This document shows, in pieces, positions 36,399 to 48,821 of a stretch of DNA of 64,000 bases; the stretch's first letter is position 1, and the number at the start of each line of letters is the position of its first letter. The stretch is from contig CM059432.1 in NCBI GenBank assembly GCA_030390025.1, positions 86,554,001 through 86,618,000 of the forward strand, read 5' to 3'. A program made the position numbers and the translations under genes. The notes under the pieces were generated by a model. The model was not told where the DNA came from and searched no databases. It saw nothing but the letters and a program-made list of their open reading frames with translations. Source of the stretch: Squalus acanthias. Lineage: Eukaryota.

Positions 36399-37535
36399 AT
36401 GGGGGCTCTACTGGCAGTCCCCCTCGCGCTCGAGTATCTTTGGGAGAGGGAGCAGAGGCAGTGAAGAAGAGGAAAAGATGCGCGCAGAGGGAGGAGGAGG
36501 AGGGCCAGGAGGGCTCTCAACAGGAGGCCTTACCCACCTAGGGTCTTCTGAGAGCACTTCTGTTACCTCCACTTAAGTGAGGAGCAGTGTATTAGGAGAC
36601 TCCACTTCACCAAGGAGGTGGTCACAGAACTCTGCCACCTCCTGCAACCAGACCTGCAGCCTCAGAGCAGGGCGACCACAGCTTTCCCAGTAGCCCTCAA
36701 TTTCTTCACCAGCGATCCTTCTAGTCTGCAGCAGGAGACATAGCTAACATCTTCCAGCTCGCCGTCCATCGCTGCATCCGGGAAGTCATAGAGGCTCTCT
36801 ACACCAGGAGAAGGGACTACGTTGTCTTCTCTCTGAACAGAGACAAGCAGGAGGAGCGTGTATGTGGGTTTGCCAGGATAGCGGGTGCCATCAACTGCAC
36901 ACACGTGGCTTTGCGGGCGCCGTATACCAATCCTGAGATCTTCCGTAACTGCAAAGGCTACCACTCACTTAATGTGCTGTTGTTGTGTGAACACGCCCAG
37001 CGCATCCTGATTGAAAATGCCCGCCATCCTGGCAGCAGTCATGGTGCCTTCATCCTGCATCAGTCCGGTGTGCCAGCAATCTTCCAGCCACTACGTCAAA
37101 CCCGAGGGTGGCTGCTCGGAGACAAGGGCTATCCGCTCTACACCTGGTTGATGACTCCCCTCCACAACCCCACCACTCATGCCCAGCGTTCATATAATGA
37201 GAGCCATGCTTCCACAAGGACATCATCGAGCAGACCATCAGGCTGCTGAAGCAACGGTTCCGCTGCCTTGACCACTCAGGAGGAGCCCTCCAGTACTCGC
37301 CAGAATGGGTGTCCCATTTCGTGGTGGTCTGCTGCGTGCTTTGCAACTTGGCCCTCATGAGGGCGCAGCCTTTGCCTCCAGGGATTGCGGGACCAACTCA
37401 GGAGGAGGGCATGGGAGAAGAGGAGGAAGAGGAGCAAGAGGAAGAGGAGGATGACAAGGAGGAAGGGAGGAGGCAGGCAACAAATCCCCCTTCTGGACGG
37501 GCTGTCAGTGAGCGCCTCATCAGACTCCGATTCCC
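36399..37535 (+). pseudogene. Harbinger DDE transposase (stops and frameshifts)
   Basis: QCIRRLHFTKEVVTELC, GAINCTHVAL (first catalytic D changed to N), RNCKGYHSLNV, HPGSSH, WLLGDKGYP, YNESHASTR, IEQTIRLLKQRFRCL and CCVLCN. Confidence 0.9.
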
Positions 37536-37685
37536 CATCAACCACATCCCCATCATACCATCCCTCTGTCACAGAACATCACAGCGTCCTCTCGGACACA
37601 AAGCTGAAATGAGAGCTACCACAAAACAAACATTCCAAACATAATTAATAAATTTGTAAGTATTCAATTATAAGTACAATATCAA

Positions 37686-39565
37686 CTAATCACCCTTGTG
37701 TAATCCCTTAGTGCCTGTCATTCGGGTGCCCTTTCCTACTCTAGTGCTCCTACGCAGTGCTTCTCCAGTGGCTGCAGCATGGCTAGTGGAAGGCTGCTGA
37801 GTTTCCATGGGGGAGACTACAAATGGCCTTGCAGGACGATCTTGACCAGCTGTGGATCTAGAAGGCTTGGTTGTAGACTGCACCACCTCGGCATGGGCGG
37901 CAGCAGTCTGGGCTGGCTGGATGACAGACAGAGGCAAGGACAATGGCCGAGTGGCAGTAGGAATGCTGTCATCCTGAGAGGGGACAGCAGGTTCCTGCTC
38001 CACAGACCCACTGCCACTCCCCTGGGGCAGTGCCTCAGCATTCTTAGCAATCTGTTGGAGGACAGATTTCTGGCCTGCTGCGACACCCTGCAAGTCTCTT
38101 TCAAGACTCGTACACTCAGCCACGCTGGCAGCAGTCTAAGCTTCCACTGCAGCAGTGAGACGTTGGGTCGCTACCACCTGTGCTGCAATGGAAGCCGTGA
38201 CATCGCTCATCACACGCATCATCATGGCTGGGTCCACAAGGTCTCTCCTGGAGTTGTCCATCGTTTCCAGCCTGGAAATCATGGGCTCCAAGCTCTGCGC
38301 AAAGTCCCGTCCAATGTTGGAGCCGGACACCTCCATGCTCCTTGACACTGACAAGAGGCTTTCTGGCAGGCTTACCTTTGCACCTAGGATTTCCGTGTGT
38401 ATGCCCATCACCCTTCTTCTGAAGGCTGCCATCGGAGTCGTGTGCAGCAGAACTTGTGCGCGAACTCACCTCCGGGGAGCCGACCCCCGAGCTGCCCTTT
38501 CCCCCTGGCCTTGCTGCAACCCACTCGTGCCTGATGCCTCACCATGTGCAGATCCTGCATCTATACTACCCTCTAAATTCCATGCAGTGACAGTTTCTGA
38601 GCTGGTGTCTGCGAGTGTCAGATGCAGTGACGCTGTGCCTTCTTCGTCATCTCCACTCTCCTCCATGACTTGGGGGGCAGGCCGTGCTGCTGGCACTTCT
38701 TGGTTATCTGAAAGCAGAAAGGCACAAGAGTCGGGTTGTGATGGCGGGGGTGTGGGGGGGGGGGTAGTGGGGGAAGCAAGATATCTATGCTTACACCATC
38801 AGCAGCTTGTAAGTGAGAAGAGATTGTGCGATGAGTGGGAAGTGGGATGTGAGAAGAAGGATTAGGAATCACCATAATGTTATTGTCCCCAAGGGGTTCA
38901 ACTTTGCCCATTGCCTCAGCCTTGGTGACTTCCCCTTGAATGATGTCGACCACCGTCTCCTCCAGTTGGCTCAAGGCCTGTAAAGCGGCTTGGCTGCCTC
39001 CCGTCTGCCGCTGCTCGCGACGGCTGTGAGCCACCTTGGCCTGCAAGAGAAGGGGAAGTGTGTCAGTGAGTGTGGTGCAATGTGCTTGGGTGATGTGCCT
39101 GCCATAGTTGAACAGCTGTCAGTGTGTGCAAGGTGTGAGATGTGGGTGTGAGTGTTGCAGCAGTGGTAAGGTTGTGAGGGTGAAGTGAAGCTATGATTGA
39201 GGTATGAGTAGTGATAGGTAGAGATTGTTGGTAGGTGAGTGATGGGAGTGTGGTGCATTGATCAGTGTGTGCGGCTTGTGGTGCAGATGGTGGGATATGG
39301 CATTTGTCAAAGCCTTCACTCACCTTGACCTGTCGTGTGAGGTCATTAAACTTCTTTCGGCTCTGGATCCATGTCCGCGGTATCACACTGTCGGCCGTGA
39401 CGTACGCAGCTATCTCTTGCCAGAGCCTCCTGGAAGTGTGTTATGATGAGTTCCTGCCACCCTGCGGGAACAGGACACCCTGCTTCCTCTCCACTGCCAC
39501 TACCAATGCCTCGAGAGCCGCATCGAGAACCTTCAGCAACGTTCTCTGTGTTGCTGCTAAGCCAT
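37686..39565 (-). pseudogene. Harbinger Myb/SANT-like DNA-binding protein gene, multi-exon and decayed
   Basis: Exon 1 ends ...WQEIAAYVTADSVIPRTWIQSRKKFNDLTRQVK|gtgagt (39324). Exon 2 starts cag|AKVAHSRREQRQTGG (39040). A further acidic, low-complexity exon starts at about 38707. Confidence 0.82.
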
Positions 39566-40705
39566 GTCTTTAAACTCCAATGACAATGAGGTGCTGCTGC
39601 ATCAAAGCACCTCCCCTTTAAGTGGTGGAGAGAGACTAGGCCAAACATTACTGGCCATTAGACTGCACCCGATATTGCACCCCCGCCCGCCCCCCTCGTT
39701 GAGCGCTAAGCCAACCAGCAGCGCATTTAATGCTGAGATCAGCACTCCAATCATGTAAATGAGCAGGTAGCACAAATTGTGTGTGCTGCCTGCACCACTT
39801 TGAATGGGCGCAGCCAAAAAAGCGCTGGCCCTTGACACTGCCAGTTTTCGGGCCATATCCAATTTCTAGACCAAAGTCTCTACTTCCCTGACACTAAACA
39901 TGCAACACTATTCTGATAGGCTGAAGGATTATAAAATTGGTATCTGTTGGGAATTAATATTTCAGACACCATAAATAGGAATGGAAATAACCAATGACAT
40001 TTAACACCATCTTCCCTTACTTTTCTGTAAACTATTAGATAAAAAGTTTACTGGATCTATCCCATTAGAAAATAGCATCTTAGGATAACCTCTATTTTAA
40101 TTCCCAATGTAACTGCTCTTGCCAGTAGAGGGAAAAGCAAAAATTTTAGGTATCGATGATTGAGGGGATAAAGTATGTGAAGAAGCCCTTTCGTTCCATT
40201 TCAAAAAAGCATTCCAAGTCCAATACAAAGGGCCTCGACGGAAAATTGAACTGATATTATCAAGTACCAGTTGAATAACACCTCTTGCTAGCCAATTAAG
40301 AAACAATGCTGCAGGTAGTTGCCCAACTGGTGACAGTATGAGTTGCATACTTATGATCAAAAGAATTCTAGGTAAATGTCAATGAGCACTCTTTCTGTGT
40401 CTTACTGGAGCACTGTCCCTCCGATCAGGGGCACAAGAGGAGGGAGACTGTTTATGGTAACAAATACCCCATTTATGCTGGTAGATGATGACATGGTCAC
40501 AGCAAAATTTAACTGTCACTATAAACCATCAGAACTAGGACCAGCATGAACCTATCTTCGGGTGGATTCATGCTGGTGCATATTCAGCACAGCAGTGTGC
40601 TTTTAAATTTCCTATTTCTTTGGTATAGGGAGAGTGACCTCACTGCATTGTTTTCCCCTTTTACTTAGTCTGGTGCTGGTCACGCTGAGCTCCACTGTAG
40701 ACCTA

Positions 40706-41394
40706 GGGCTGGATTTTCAATGACCTGTGGAGTCGGGTTTGGAGGCGTGTGGGGGGTTAAAGTTGCGGGGTCGGGGGTCCCGACCCTATCACGATTCCAT
40801 CCCGCCTCCACGCAATTTTGACAAAATCGGTCATGGAGTTCCCGCCTCCAAGAGGCGGGAGAGGCCATTAAAGCCCTTAACAAGGCCTAAATTGGCTCTG
40901 TAATGCCATTTTGAAACGGTTTAGCTAGTTTTACCTTTTTCTGACGTGAAGTACGCCTGATGTGAAACACTCCAGTGAAACCTGGCGGGAGCACAAGTGG
41001 ATAGTTGAATATCAGCTGCAGGTCCACTATTACAACGGCGATGTAATGAAGGTAGTAGTAGTATTGTGGTGGGTAGTAGTATTAGGTGTGAAAGTCGCCT
41101 CTGATGCTGCTGCATTGTGTTCAGAGACTGACTGTCTCTCTCTCTCTCTCTCATATTTTGCATCCAGGTCCACTCACAGCAAAGGCCAGGCAATCTCTGA
41201 GACCAGGCAGCCTGCAATGATGACATCATCAGAGGCGACTTTCCCACTGAAACCACTAATTGGTTCATGGGTTCCCACATGCTGGAACTCAATTGCCCAA
41301 TTAAGTGAAAATTGCATCATTCATCCACATTAATCTGGAGTCGGGGGGACAACACGAAATGCGGGTAACCCGACCCCAAGACAAAATCCAGCCC
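40706..41394. mobile_element. PIF/Harbinger-type MITE (family A, copy 2, inverted relative to 1900-2621)
   Basis: TIRs gggctggatttt ... aaaatccagccc and TSD cta/cta. The interior is homologous to 1900-2621. Confidence 0.87.
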
Positions 41395-41730
41395 CTAGTT
41401 GTAGAAACAGTGGAAGTGTAGGAGACCGACATTCCGGGTTTACTTTCATGGAACTGGCTTCCTTAACCATACAGTGCATTTGTAGACTCCCATTTTCATG
41501 CGTCAACAATACCATCGAATCACTGAACCTGGGGCCATTTATAATATGGAGTGTAGCTGAAGAAGTGAGACTGTATATCTCCTGCTGGCTGCACTCCCAT
41601 AATATAAACGCACTATAAATTGGCACTAGACTCATAATTTGAATTCTCCCTCAACACAAGCAACATAAGCTTCTTTGTTCCATTTGGCACTTCCCGCTCT
41701 TGTGACTTTCTGATTTGCAGAAAAATAAAA

Positions 41731-42371
41731 GGGCCGATTTTAACTCCAGGCGAGAAGCCGGCGGCAGCAGATGCCATTCCCACCCAGGAGTTTGAGATGG
41801 AGTCCCAGCAGATTTTAACTGCTGCGCCTCATTTAAATGTCGCCGTTTTGGGTGGAAAGCAGTAGCTGGTCTTTGGGTGGGTGACAAAGATCGAACGACA
41901 CAGAGAAGGCTGCCTGCAGCAAATTAAGTTGTGGGACAGGGGTGCTCCAAGGATCTCGCGTCTGTAGGGGGTGGGGGGGGGAGCGGGGGCCAGGCACGGA
42001 AAGCCTGGTGCAGCAGAGGCCCAGACATGCCTCGTGGGGCTTGGAAGAGCACTCCTGCTCCAAATGGCCCCACAATTATTGCTTTTACATTTGCCTTCAG
42101 TGACCTTGCTGGCTTCTCGACAGCCTTACCAGGTGGGGTTGTCGCGGCAGGCACCCTGATCAGAAGCAGGTTAAACTGCTATTAGGGTCCTATGTATGTC
42201 ATTGGACCCGATTAGCACTTATTAACAAGGCTGCTGCTGGAGGTCACCTCATTCGCTACCTGAACCAGCATTGTTAAATTAGAGAATCAGCAGGAATAGA
42301 GCGGTAAATGGAGCCACTCCATTTTAATTTCTTCCCTGCTCCATTCCCATGGAGAGTTAAAATTCCTCCCC
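41731..42371. mobile_element. Harbinger-type MITE
   Basis: Termini gggccgattttaactc ... gagttaaaattcctcccc. The TSD is imperfect (aaa/aga). Confidence 0.6.
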
Positions 42372-42859
42372 AGATGTCTGTAAGGCATATGCACATTATA
42401 GAAACTTGGAAAATGAATGTGTACTAATCACATTAGAAAACAACTTGCATTTATAAAGCACCTTAACATAATAAAATGTTTCAAAGTATGACAATAACTG
42501 GACACCAAACAGTGGTAGGCATTGCAACTATCGAGTATTCAGTAGAGTTATACATCAGCAACAAACAGAGCAGTTCCACTAATCTTCCCACGCGAGTTTG
42601 ATTACAGAGTATAGATTACAGCATTGGATCTGACCACATCAATCTGGGGATTCCTTTATGGATAAATCAGTGGACCAGACACAGGAGGATATGTGGTGAT
42701 CAGCAACCAAGCAGTAGAGAATGGTGAGACCCCCAGGAACTATAAAAGGAGACAAACAAGACAAAAACAAATGGGGAAGAAACTAAGCTGCAAGACAAAG
42801 CAAAAAAAATGTTTACTGAATAATTTGTGCAAGTTCAATTGAGAATCAGCAATTATGGA

Positions 42860-45400
42860 AATTTCTGTGCAGAAGACCATTTGGCCCATCATGTCCATGC
42901 CAATGCTAGCTCCCAGTACTCCAACCGTGGCTTAACTTATTCCTTGTACAGATACATCACCTCCTTGCTATTGTCCTTATAAATGAAATCCAGAATCCCA
43001 TTTGCCTTTTTCATGAAGTTTTCTAACTTCAATCATGCTTTCAAAGATCGGTTTATCTATACCCCTAGATTTCTTTCTGTTCCTCCATTCCATTGAGAAT
43101 TTTACCATTTAGGGTACATTTACATTCTTCATTCCTTTTTCAAAAATGTACTACTTCAAGTTTATCTATGTTGAATTGCATGTGCCGTATACATGCCCAC
43201 TTCCCTAATCTATCTACATCCCTCTGCAGTCTTCTCAGTTTGTCATTCTCCTCAAATACTCTTACAAAAGGACTGGAGTACAAGAGTAAAGAAGTCTTAC
43301 TGCAATTATATAGGGTCTTGATGAGACCACACCCGGAGTACTGTGTACAGTTTTGGTTTCCTTACCTAAGGAAGGATATACATGCCTTAGACGGAGTGCA
43401 ACGAAGGTTCACCAAACTGATTCCTGGGATGGGGGTTGCCCTATGAGGAGAGATTGAAGAGACTAGGGCCTAGAAATTGGAGGTGTTAGCGCTGGCCGTT
43501 AAGGCCCATTTTGGGGAATAAATGGCGGCTGCCTCACTTCCGCCTGCTGCCAGCAGGTCCCACAGCCATTTTTGGCAGGTCAGCAGCGTTGCTGTTGCCT
43601 GCGCTCATGGAAAGTATTTTAATTAGTAGGAGCATGACCCTAATCGTTGTGCAACGCCGAATTGACACCAACTCATCCATTTTGGAGCTCGCCGCTCCTC
43701 TAACCGCCCTCTCCAAAGCATGCCCGTGCGTGCTGCCGTTGACAGCACGGAGAGGCGGGAGAAAGCGGCAGTGAGCTCGAACCCATACTGTAAACAGCTG
43801 CTGGGATAACTGTTAACTATGGAGAGCTATTGGAGTGAAAACTGCTTCCACTGAGATGCATCAGATCTCCCCCCTGGTCAGTCAAACAGTATAGGAGTTA
43901 CTTTTAAAATAAGTTGTACTGTACTACAGTTGTAATAATCTCAGGAAAAAAATCAAAGTTGCTTTTCCTTGAATTTTATAGATTGGGGTTCTCGAGTTTA
44001 GCAACTGATAAAATGACACGCAAAGTTTGGAAGTCTGCTTTTAAAAGGCTTGACAGTATTTTCTCGCCAAGAGTTCTTCAAAAGTCTGCTGTTATTAAAA
44101 ATGTAATTGAACTCTCTTCTGCACCATTTACACCAGTAAACTCCAGAGCAATAGTTCATGTTCCCCTTTTTAAAAAATGTATTTCCATTGATGTCTTTTG
44201 CAACAGTTTAAGGACATCTGTGCCACAGTCTTTATGTGGTCTTTCCAGGAGTCCCTCCAGATCTGAGCCTGTGCTTCAAGAGCCACTCACCAGGGAGTGA
44301 ATGCCCTCTGCGATCTGCAGGCTAGTGCACTGTCACTGCCAGCTGCAAGACGGTACATTCCCCTCCCCCTCCAGCACCATGGTGGAGCACAAACCTCCAC
44401 ACAGCAACCATCTGGGTCGAGGATCTGGCGAAGGTGGAAGTACCAGGCAGTCTTTCACCCATTTGTGAACCCCACACAACACCCAGAGAAATGTCCATGC
44501 AAGTAAGAGGGGAGCCATGGACAAACTAATGCTGCATCATCTGCCTCAATGCACAATGCTCCAACCCTACAAGGGCCATCGTCTCAGTGAAACATATAAA
44601 ATAATTACAGGCTTGACAGGGTAGATGCTGAGAGGTTGCTTCCCCTGGCTAGGGTGTCTACAACTAGGGGTCACAGTCTCAGAAAAAGGGGTCGGCCATT
44701 TAGGACTGAGATGAGGAGAAATTTCTTCACCCAAAGGGTTGTGAATCTTTGGAATTCTCTACTCCAGAGGGCTGTGGATGCTCAGTCATTGAGTATATTC
44801 AAGACAGAGAGCAATAGATTTTTGGATATTACGGGAATCAAGGGATTTGGGGATAGTGCGGGAAGGTGGAGTTGAGGTAGAAGATCAGCCATGATCTTAC
44901 TGAATGGCAGAGCAGGCTCGAAGGGCCGAATGGCTGACTCCTGCTCCTATATCTTATGTTCTTATGTTCAATTTGGTGTCTTCAGCAAATTTTGATAATA
45001 TCCGCTTTATGCCCATGTCAAAATCACATCCCTTTATGCTCATGTCCAAATCACTTACATATATATTATATGCCAACACATATCGCTGGGACACACCCCT
45101 CGCTTTGTTTACCTAATCCAAGAAACATTTATTAACTTCTCCTTCTCTGCTTTATACTGTTTATGCATCATTCTATCTATACCAATACTTCCTCTTTAAT
45201 ACTCTTTAAGCCTTATTGTTCACAAGTTTCTTATGAAATACTTTATCAAACTGTTTTTGAAAAACCAAACATACCACATCCAATGCATTCCCCTTGTTTA
45301 TGTTTGGTAATTTCTTCAAAGGATTTGATTAAATTACTCAAACATGATTAGCAGGTATATATCTTGCAATTTTTCACAGTATATAGCTATCTCCCTTAAT
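42860..45400. mobile_element. Nested cluster: old CR1(-) containing CR1(+) (about 43262-44967), which is split by a Harbinger family-B derivative (43467 to about 44575)
   Basis: The plus-strand CR1 segment KGLEYKSKEVLLQLYRVL..EYCVQFW resumes at about 44585. The Harbinger left end ggcctagaaattggaggtgttagcgctggcc is nearly identical to that at 35908. Confidence 0.8.
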
Positions 45401-45829
45401 AAACTCCTTGGGTTGAAATTCCTTTAGGCTCGTTTTTGGGCTCGAAATGGGCGCTGCGCGTAAAATGTGGCCCTAACTGGTAAGCTGGAAGCAGGCCCAA
45501 AAATGGGCCTCATTAATATTATTTGGGTGAGCTGTTGACACTTCTTGGGCCACGACAGACAGTCCGCCTATTTGAAGGAAATTAATATCGGGCCGCTTGC
45601 CTCGCCAGCAGCAACCCAAGCTAAGTCCTTGGAGGGCGGGTGGAGTGACGGAGCAATTAGGATACTGTGGAGTTTGGGGGCACTCCTGCTCCTCAGCAAC
45701 GATTTAAAAAAAACATTTAAACTTAATTGCCGTCGAAGAATACGGAGCAGAGCTGGCTTGCTCAGCTCATCCCTATCCAATTTAAGCAATATGTAAGGGT
45801 CCTACGCCTGTTTCCGGCAGATGTAAGGG

Positions 45830-47740
45830 TCACCAGGATAATGCACCATGGTCACAGTCACAGAAAATGTCGTTTGTGACTTTAGTTAGGGTTGTTTTGG
45901 TGCTGTGGCAGTGGTGGAAACCTGATTGAAGTCAAATAGGATGCTGCGGGAAAGATGGGCAGGTACTTGGGAGGCGATTTTGGAGAGGAAAGAGAGGTTA
46001 AAAATGGGGCGGTAGTTTGCAAGGACAGAGGAGTCGAGTGTAGGTACTTTATTTCAGGAGGGTTTTGAAAGGGTGGGGAACAATACTTGAGTAGAGGGAG
46101 TCATTTACAATATCAGCTAGCATGGGTCCAGGAAGGGCAGTTGAATGGGGTCAAGGGAGCAGAAGGTGGGTTTCATTGATGACAATAACTTGGAGTAGAC
46201 ATAAGAGGGAGATGGGAGAACAGCTAGAGAGAGACACTGGTGGAGAAGGAGCCTGAGGGAAGGTTTGGCTTGGTGGGAAAAGGTAAGGGGAGAAGCAGCA
46301 GAGGCAGCTGAATGAATGGTCTCAATCTGGGTGACAAAGAAGTCCCAGAGATCCTTGTGTTTGTTGTTGGAGGTGACAGTGGAGGAGGCAGGGGAGAAGG
46401 GTTTAAGGAAACAGTTGGTAGTAGACAAAAGAAGCAAAGGGTTAACTTTGCACTCCAGAATGATCCTGAGGTTGTGGGCAGTTTTGACAGAAAAGAGCGG
46501 CCCAAAAGCACTTGATGTGGTCCAGCGAGATCTGGTAATGGGTGGCTAAACCAGTTGTGCATCAGATATGTTCAAGTCCTTGCCCCTTGGATTTGAGGGA
46601 GCAATACTAGAGGGAACGATCTGCAAAAGTATCATGATGAATGGAGTATCAAAGCTTAGCCAATTGAGAGTTTAAAAGTGCAGCTGTAAATGACTTGGGG
46701 AATAGTTTTTTTCCAGGGACAGACACAGAAGGAAATGGGTTGGAAGGGGATAGGAAAAATTGGATAGCAAAGATACAAGGAAGTAGTCGGAGATGGTCTT
46801 GTCAGCAATTGAAACCATAGGAATAGCGAGGACATGGGAGATGGCATGGTTAAGGAGGTGGCCGTGAATATGAGTAGGAGAGCTTATATAGAGGGAGAGA
46901 TTTAGGGGTGACAGAAGGGAATTCATAGGAGAGAGTGAAAAGACAACTGAGATAGATATTGAAATCACCGAGGATTTGGAGTCACTTAGTGCAGAGACTG
47001 AGGGAGGAGGCTTGGGTGGGCAAGAGATAGGATTTAAAGGAGACAAAATGGGATGGAACAAGGTGAGGTGCTTGAAGAAGGAGAAGGTGCCAGTGAAGTA
47101 GGGAGAGAGACCAAGGTGATAGGGGCCGCATCACCACCAAGGCGGTTTGGGCAGGCAATGAAAAATATAGTCAGGCAGGAAGGCTTTGGTAAGGGGCAAG
47201 GTGTTACCACCCGACAGCCTAGTTTCAGTCAAAGCTAAGATATCAATGCAATCATCCTCAGTAAGGTCGTAGATGGCAAGGACCTTATCCACCAGTGAAC
47301 GAATATTCTGGAGGGATGTGTGGAAAGGGGCGGTGATTTTTGGTCCACTGGCAGAGCCCAAGGGGAGCAGTGGTGGGTGACTGGGATGGAAAGGAGGTTG
47401 GTGGCGTTAGCCCTCAATGGGCATGATGAATAGAATGTTCAGCATGAGAGGAGGATGGGGTATTTAGGTTTGCTGCTCATAACAAGACAGCAACAGGTGC
47501 TATCGTTGGAGAATGCCAAGAGAGGCACAGAGGGTAGCCTTCGTCTTATTCAACAGGAATTCAAGCTTTGGATGGTGGCAGGATAGTGGGAAGGCAGAAG
47601 AGTAGTGGTGGGTTGGAGTAGGAAATTGGGGTGGAAAGTACTTGAAAGAGTAGAAATGAAAGATGGCATGGCTAGGCGATAGGAAGGGGAGGAGATAGGT
47701 AAGAAGGGTCCGAGAGGGATAGAGAGGAATAAAAAAGGAA
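45830..47740 (-). mobile_element. L2 LINE endonuclease-to-RT region, decayed
   Basis: LQNIRSLVDKVLAIYDL..IDILALTET, PTHIHGHLL, MKPTFCSLDP and an NYRP remnant. Confidence 0.8.
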
Positions 47741-48714
47741 TAGAAGTAATGGGCTTCCGACATGTCTTCCTTTTTCCTCAACCAAGGATTCCCCTCTACC
47801 GTGGTTGACAGGGCCCTCGACCGTGTCCGTTCCATTTCCCGTACTTCTGCTCTCACCCTTTTCCCTCCCTCCCAGAACCACGATAGGGTTCCCTTTGACC
47901 TCACCTTCCACCCCACCAGCCTCCACAGTCAACGGATCATCCTCCGCCATTTCCACCACCTCCAGTGTGATCCCACCACCAAACGCATCTTCCCCTCCCC
48001 TCCACGACACCTTGGTCCACTCCTCAATTACCCCCAACACCCCCTCCCCTTCCCACAGCACCTTCACGTGCAAGAGCAGGAGATGCAACACCTGCCCTTT
48101 TACCTCCTCCCTTCCCACCGTCCAGGGCCCGAAACACTTCTTCCAGATGAAACAGCGATTTACTAGTACTTATTTCAATTAAGTGTACTGCATTCACTGC
48201 TCACGATGCGGGAGACCAAATGCAGATTGGGTGACCACTTTGCGGGAACACCTCTGTCAAGTCCGCAAGCATGACCCCAAGCTTCCAGTCGCCTGTCACT
48301 TTAATTCTCCGCTCCACTCCCACACTGACCTCTTGGTCATCGGCCTCCTGCACTGTTCCAATGGAGCTCAACGTAAGCTCGAGGGACAGCACCTCATCTT
48401 TCAATTAGGCACTTTACAGCCTTCTGGACTCAACATCGAGTTCAAATTTCAGATCATAACATCTACCCCCATTTTCTTGGATTGCAGCTATTGATGATTC
48501 TACTGTTCCCATTTACACCTCTTCTAGACCCATCTTTTGTTTCTTTACTTGTCCCATTACCATCCCCTTTTGCCTTGTACAATCATACCTTTTGTCATTT
48601 AATCTCTCTGGTCTTCCACCATATCACAGACCTTCCCTTTTGTACTTTCCTCCCCTCCCCTCTTTTCCCTGCCTCTGCACTTGCTTAAAACCTGTTGTAT
48701 CTCTAAATGTTTCC

Positions 48715-48751
48715 ATTTCTGATGAAAGGTCATCGACCTGAAACGTTAACT
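48715..48751 (+). ncRNA. Minimal hammerhead ribozyme motif in the Penelope 3' repeat
   Basis: CTGATGA(48719-48725)-A-AGGTC atc GACCT-GAAAC-GTT-AACT. The core is intact and stem I has one mismatch. Confidence 0.65.
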
Positions 48752-48821
48752 CTGTTTCTCTCTCCACAGATGCTGCCTGACCTGCTGAGTATTTCCAGCA
48801 TTTTCTATTTTTATTTCAGAT

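Larger units (their letters stand above)
35908..39872. mobile_element. Full-length (about 4 kb) decayed PIF/Harbinger DNA transposon
   Basis: TIRs ggcctagaaattg / caatttctagacc, TSD aaa/aaa, and convergent transposase (+) and Myb-like (-) genes. Confidence 0.93.

Noticed and set aside
36399..37535. Possible host HARBI1 gene
   Set aside because: It has stops, frameshifts and a catalytic D-to-N change, and it sits within TIRs and a TSD, so it is a transposon copy.
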